In this document: positions 60,308 to 64,000 of the stretch, in pieces | Numbering within the stretch: position 1 is the stretch's first letter | Layout: every line of letters starts with the position of its first letter | DNA from: a virus | Strand: one strand, 5' to 3' | IMG/VR virus record: IMGVR_UViG_3300020048_000018 | Span: 96,001 to 160,000 of that record | Length of the DNA: 64,000 bases | Position numbers and translations under genes: made by a program | Notes under the pieces: model-generated | What the model was told of the DNA's origin: nothing | Database searches by the model: none | Seen by the model: only the letters and a program-made list of their open reading frames with translations

Positions 60308-60832
60308 ATGAACATTCAATGTAATGGGGACTTAACTATTAATGGCGGTTCGGTGACAACTACCGGTCTAACTGTTATGTGCGATAGTAATCATGTATTT
60401 ATTAATGGGGAAGAAATACCAATTCCCCGAGGAATGAAAACAAATAACATTTCAACGGTTAATAATAAAGTATTTATTGGTGGATTTGAGTTTTTTGAAA
60501 AGGACAAGAGGTTTAAAAGAACCCTCGAAGCTTTCATTCATTCCGTAACCTAAATGATAGAATCTATTTTCCCAACAAAAGCTGAACTTTTTCCTATAGA
60601 TACTGAAGTATCAAAAAAGGAACTTAAGAAAAAATATGTACTAAATTTCTCATGTGGTTCATACAAAACTTACTGTCATGATTGTGGCTGTTTTGAATAT
60701 GGGTGTGATATCACAGAAGAGTTTAATACTGATGTGTTATGTGAGGAATGTGTTTGCTCGGGTCTTGGCAACTTAGATCCACACACAGGTAAACGAATCT
60801 ATAGGAGAAAAGAATGTGGAGAAAAGCACTAG
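60308..60832 (+). other. Two small hypothetical ORFs (60308; Cys-rich 60554)
   Basis: Packed ORFs. Confidence 0.55.
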
Positions 60833-61410
60833 TTGCAGTTATAAGTACCAGTTTGCTTATTTCATGTACAAACAAAAAAATTGTTGAGGTAATACCAGAA
60901 ACCAAAACAATAATCATTTATGAAACTGTTTATGAAACTGTTTTCAAAGAAGTTATCATAGAAAAAATAAAGTATACAGATGAGTATTCTCTGCCTACCG
61001 ATTTTTGTGAACCAATGAAGGATTATTTCATATCAAGTAAATTTGGATTTCGTCAAAGCCCGATGGGTGGAGTTGAAGGGGAATTTAATATGCACAAAGG
61101 TCTTGATTTAGTTGGTAAGAAAAACTCCCCTGTCTACGCAGTTAAAGAGGGTGTGGTAGCAATAAACTTTCCTCCCCCTAATGGTCATTATAAGGGTCAT
61201 CCTATCTATGGTGGATTAATTATTATTGATCATGGAAAAGGTCTTTATACTTTATATGCACACCTAAGTAAGGGATTTGTTACCGAAAAACAGGTTGTTA
61301 AAAAAGGTCAACAAATTGGTGTTCAGGGAAATACCGGACAATCTACAGGACCCCATTTGCATTTTGAGATATTAGTTGACCCCAAGTACGCATTAAGTTA
61401 TACTAATTAA
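60814..61410 (+). CDS. M23 family peptidoglycan peptidase with lipoprotein-like signal
   Basis: SSKFGFR, HKGLD, YAHLS, GNTGQSTGPHLHFE. N-terminus LLIS-C. Confidence 0.9.
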   Translation: MWRKALVAVISTSLLISCTNKKIVEVIPETKTIIIYETVYETVFKEVIIEKIKYTDEYSLPTDFCEPMKDYFISSKFGFRQSPMGGVEGEFNMHKGLDLVGKKNSPVYAVKEGVVAINFPPPNGHYKGHPIYGGLIIIDHGKGLYTLYAHLSKGFVTEKQVVKKGQQIGVQGNTGQSTGPHLHFEILVDPKYALSYTN

Positions 61411-61428
61411 GCTAAGGAAACTTTATTT

Positions 61429-61773
61429 ATGAAAAGATTAATTCTAGTACTGTTTGTTTCGCTGTTAGCTGTATCAAGTTCTTTCTCACATAAAAAAATA
61501 CTCGATGAAGAATCAGTAGAGTATTATGATGAGACTCCCGAATCAGGTGAGCATCTTAGACTTATATATAATAGTGTTTCAAGAAACCTAACCGTAGTTT
61601 ATACTTTGTCAGATGACTTTTATTTTGAGGGTGACGCATTTGTCTTAATTCGAGATAGAATTATTAAGTTTAAACTTGATAAAGGTTTTAAATATTATAA
61701 AACTATTAGTGAAGATATTATTAAATGGCATAATGATCAGGTAGAATATACAAGGTTTTTAATTTTATATTAA
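61429..61773 (+). CDS. Secreted hypothetical protein
   Basis: Signal peptide. ACTAATT upstream. Confidence 0.6.
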   Translation: MKRLILVLFVSLLAVSSSFSHKKILDEESVEYYDETPESGEHLRLIYNSVSRNLTVVYTLSDDFYFEGDAFVLIRDRIIKFKLDKGFKYYKTISEDIIKWHNDQVEYTRFLILY

Positions 61774-61775
61774 TT

Positions 61776-61967
61776 ATGAAAAAATTAATTATAAACCCTG
61801 AAGAAATTGATATACGGGAAAGTATCTTCCTTAATGGAGGGTACTGTATATCCTCTAAGATTAAAAATTCTACAACAAAATGTATGTGCGATTATGCAAA
61901 GAAATATCATGTTTGTAAGTGCGGTTTATTCTTAACAATCGAGGTTCCTGATGAACAACCTAAATAG
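61776..61967 (+). CDS. Ferredoxin-thioredoxin-reductase-catalytic-like mini protein
   Basis: GYC...TKCMC...CKCGLF. Confidence 0.5.
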   Translation: MKKLIINPEEIDIRESIFLNGGYCISSKIKNSTTKCMCDYAKKYHVCKCGLFLTIEVPDEQPK

Positions 61968-62251
61968 TATCGGGAAATTTTCCCTTCAGTTTTATTTTGA
62001 GGATGAAATATTCCAGATAACTGATTCCTCAACCAACAGAATATTCAGAGAAGAAGCTTTAATGCTTTCTGCTAATTATGCGGTTTACTTTGACCTTAAA
62101 TCTCAAGATGATACTTTATATACCTTAAAATCAAACTTTAAAGATTCAATATTATCCTACTTGTTAAACTTCTATGAAATAAACTCTGATAAATTTAGAT
62201 ATTGGAAATCTAGAATAAAGGAAGAACCGTTTTTATGTTAAGGAGAAAATT

Positions 62252-62692
62252 TTGAAAATATTTTTAGGAGGGACATGCCCCTCATTTGATGGAGATTTTG
62301 ACTATAGAAAAATACTTATTCCAATCTTAAATGAATTGGACATTGAATATTTTAACCCTGTTGTAGAAGATTGGACAGAAGAATGTATAAAAATTGAAGA
62401 AGATGAAAAGGAATTATGTGATATCCATTTATATCTTATAGCTCCAAATATGAAAGGGGTATATTCAGTAGCTGAAGCTTTCGGTTCATTAATGATTTAT
62501 GATGAAGAAAAAATGTCAATTCTTCTGGTATTAAAATCTATTTCAGATAAAACTTTTGAAAAATCTCAGTTGAAAAGTCTCTATGCTACTTTAGACTTGT
62601 TCGAGAGTTGTGGAGGAAGTTCTTGGAATGCCGAGGATATCAATTCCTTAAATGAAGACTTCTTACTAGAAATTCTAGAGGGTTATTATTGA
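62252..62692 (+). CDS. Nucleoside 2-deoxyribosyltransferase-like protein
   Basis: KIFLGGTC, YFNPVVEDW, GVYSVAE. Confidence 0.75.
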   Translation: MKIFLGGTCPSFDGDFDYRKILIPILNELDIEYFNPVVEDWTEECIKIEEDEKELCDIHLYLIAPNMKGVYSVAEAFGSLMIYDEEKMSILLVLKSISDKTFEKSQLKSLYATLDLFESCGGSSWNAEDINSLNEDFLLEILEGYY

Positions 62693-62705
62693 AAACTAAA
62701 TAAAG

Positions 62706-62733
62706 GTAAAGCACTCTATTGAGTGCTTTTTTG
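62706..62733 (+). terminator. Rho-independent terminator
   Basis: aaagcactc-tatt-gagtgcttt plus T-run. Confidence 0.8.
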
Positions 62734-62769
62734 TTTTTAACCCTTTGTAATTCTCTCAACTAACTTTTT

Positions 62770-63147
62770 ATGAGCAACATTGAGTACGCAATTAAAGATA
62801 CCGTCTGGGTTCTGTCAGCATTGGAAACACACTATTATAAGTTACCTATAGAAGCAGTTCTCTTAGGTATTAGCAAAACAGATAAAATTAATAAGTTTAA
62901 GGTTAAAGCTAACGGTCAAACCTTTTATGTTAAGCAGTTGTTTGATAAAGACTCTTGCATCGATACCTCATTGCTTGCTTTGAAAACTGCATTAAATGTC
63001 TTAAATGTTCTCAGATCAATGTATGGAAACTTAAAAGGTAAAGAAATTCTTAGAGTCTTAGATACCATTGATACCGAATCAAAAATAATTAAATCCCATA
63101 TCTTAAAAATTGAAGGCAATGATTTCATTTGGAGTGATATCGGTTAA
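62770..63147 (+). CDS. Hypothetical protein
   Basis: 125-aa ORF convergent with the endonuclease gene. Confidence 0.55.
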   Translation: MSNIEYAIKDTVWVLSALETHYYKLPIEAVLLGISKTDKINKFKVKANGQTFYVKQLFDKDSCIDTSLLALKTALNVLNVLRSMYGNLKGKEILRVLDTIDTESKIIKSHILKIEGNDFIWSDIG

Positions 63148-64000
63148 ATTCTGGATAAAAGTTTTTCTAAAAGTTTCTCAATATCTTCATCATATTTTAT
63201 TCTTATCAACTCTAAATTATTGTCTATACAATATTTAGTTTTTATTGTGTCATTAATCTGTCTTTTCTTGAAACCCTCAATTCCTCCAAACCATTTAACG
63301 GGAACATAATGCTGTTTTCCATCATATTCAATTAAGTGAGATAGCTTTCCATTTTCAAATATAGCAAAATCAAACGGAAGGGGTCTCTTGTTTTTGCAGT
63401 CTTTAATCTTGTACTGTTCTACAAAAGTAAGATTAGTTTTTTGCAGAATATTTCTAATCCCTTTTTCACCATGAGAGGATTGGCATCTCGGACAACCTGC
63501 CCCTGCTAAATGATGACTAGCTCTTTGGGAAAATCTCCCATGTTCTATGCAAATAATATCTATTTCAACCTTAGAGTTCACATAGTCAACTAAGGAATAA
63601 TCATATTTATCTCCATGAACTTTCTTAGCACCAAATATGTAATCTTCTGTATTTGATTTCTTGTTACCAAAACATTGAGGACACCCTTTTCCATTTAGGT
63701 GACTATTAGCCACTTGTGAAAAAACCCCATGCATTGAACAAATAATATCTATTTTGGATTCCTTCCCTACATAAGTAACAAGAGAATAGTCATAGGTATT
63801 TCCATGAACCTCTTTAGCTTTTTCAATGAATTCCACAGTTGTAGATTTCTTGTTTCTTGAACATACCGGACACCCTTTTCCCATTAAATGACTTGATGCA
63901 TTTTGAAAAAACTTCCCATGATTAGGACAGATAATCTCAATCTTTAAACTTGAATTAATATAATTCACTATCGAATAATCATACTTATTTCCATGAACAT
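63144..64000 (-). mobile_element. DUF723 Zn-ribbon repeat + PD-(D/E)xK homing-type endonuclease, 5' end beyond the window
   Basis: Repeats KVHG.KYDYS.V.Y......IIC..HG.F.Q.A..HL.G.GCP.C. C-terminal PFDF...IEYDGKQH. The frame stays open to the window edge (VHGNKYDYSIVNY). Confidence 0.85.

Noticed and set aside
62706-62730. CIRCE operator (AGCACTC...GAGTGCT)
   Set aside because: The spacer is 4 nt rather than 9, it is followed by a T-run, and it is far from groEL and hsp20. It is a terminator.
1-64000. Stop-codon recoding
   Set aside because: Known proteins (topoisomerase II, GroEL, TK) are full length in the standard code and coding density is high.
1-64000. tRNA or rRNA genes
   Set aside because: No convincing cloverleaf or T-loop found by eye in intergenic DNA. 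tRNAscan was not run.

Overview
This window is an AT-rich, densely coding segment of a large, probably jumbo, myovirus-like phage genome. I saw no rRNA, tRNA, CRISPR array or integrase. Evidence for a large lytic phage: split T4-type type II topoisomerase, GroEL, Hsp20, thymidine kinase, dUTPase, class III RNR parts, homing endonucleases and tail-fibre-like proteins. A spirochaete (Treponema/Sphaerochaeta-like) anaerobic host is inferred from a spirochaete-type FliM motif, BspA-type LRRs, lipoprotein signals and a standalone NrdD-tail peptide. Main highlights: (1) a phage-encoded FliM/FliN flagellar-switch hybrid with CheY-binding motif(s) (33185-34378); (2) a 200-codon gene fully overprinted in another frame of a 250-codon gene, each with its own RBS and membrane/coiled-coil architecture, resembling a spanin pair (4460-5212); (3) a putative DNA hypermodification region (QueC-like, two methyltransferases, TET-associated/GREB1-like glycosyltransferase); (4) adjacent coaD-coaE, a minimal class II aaRS-like protein and a standalone glycyl-radical tail; (5) three recurring intergenic promoter-like motifs. 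All family calls come from motifs recognised by eye, not database searches. Some ORF starts were moved to better-supported ATGs.
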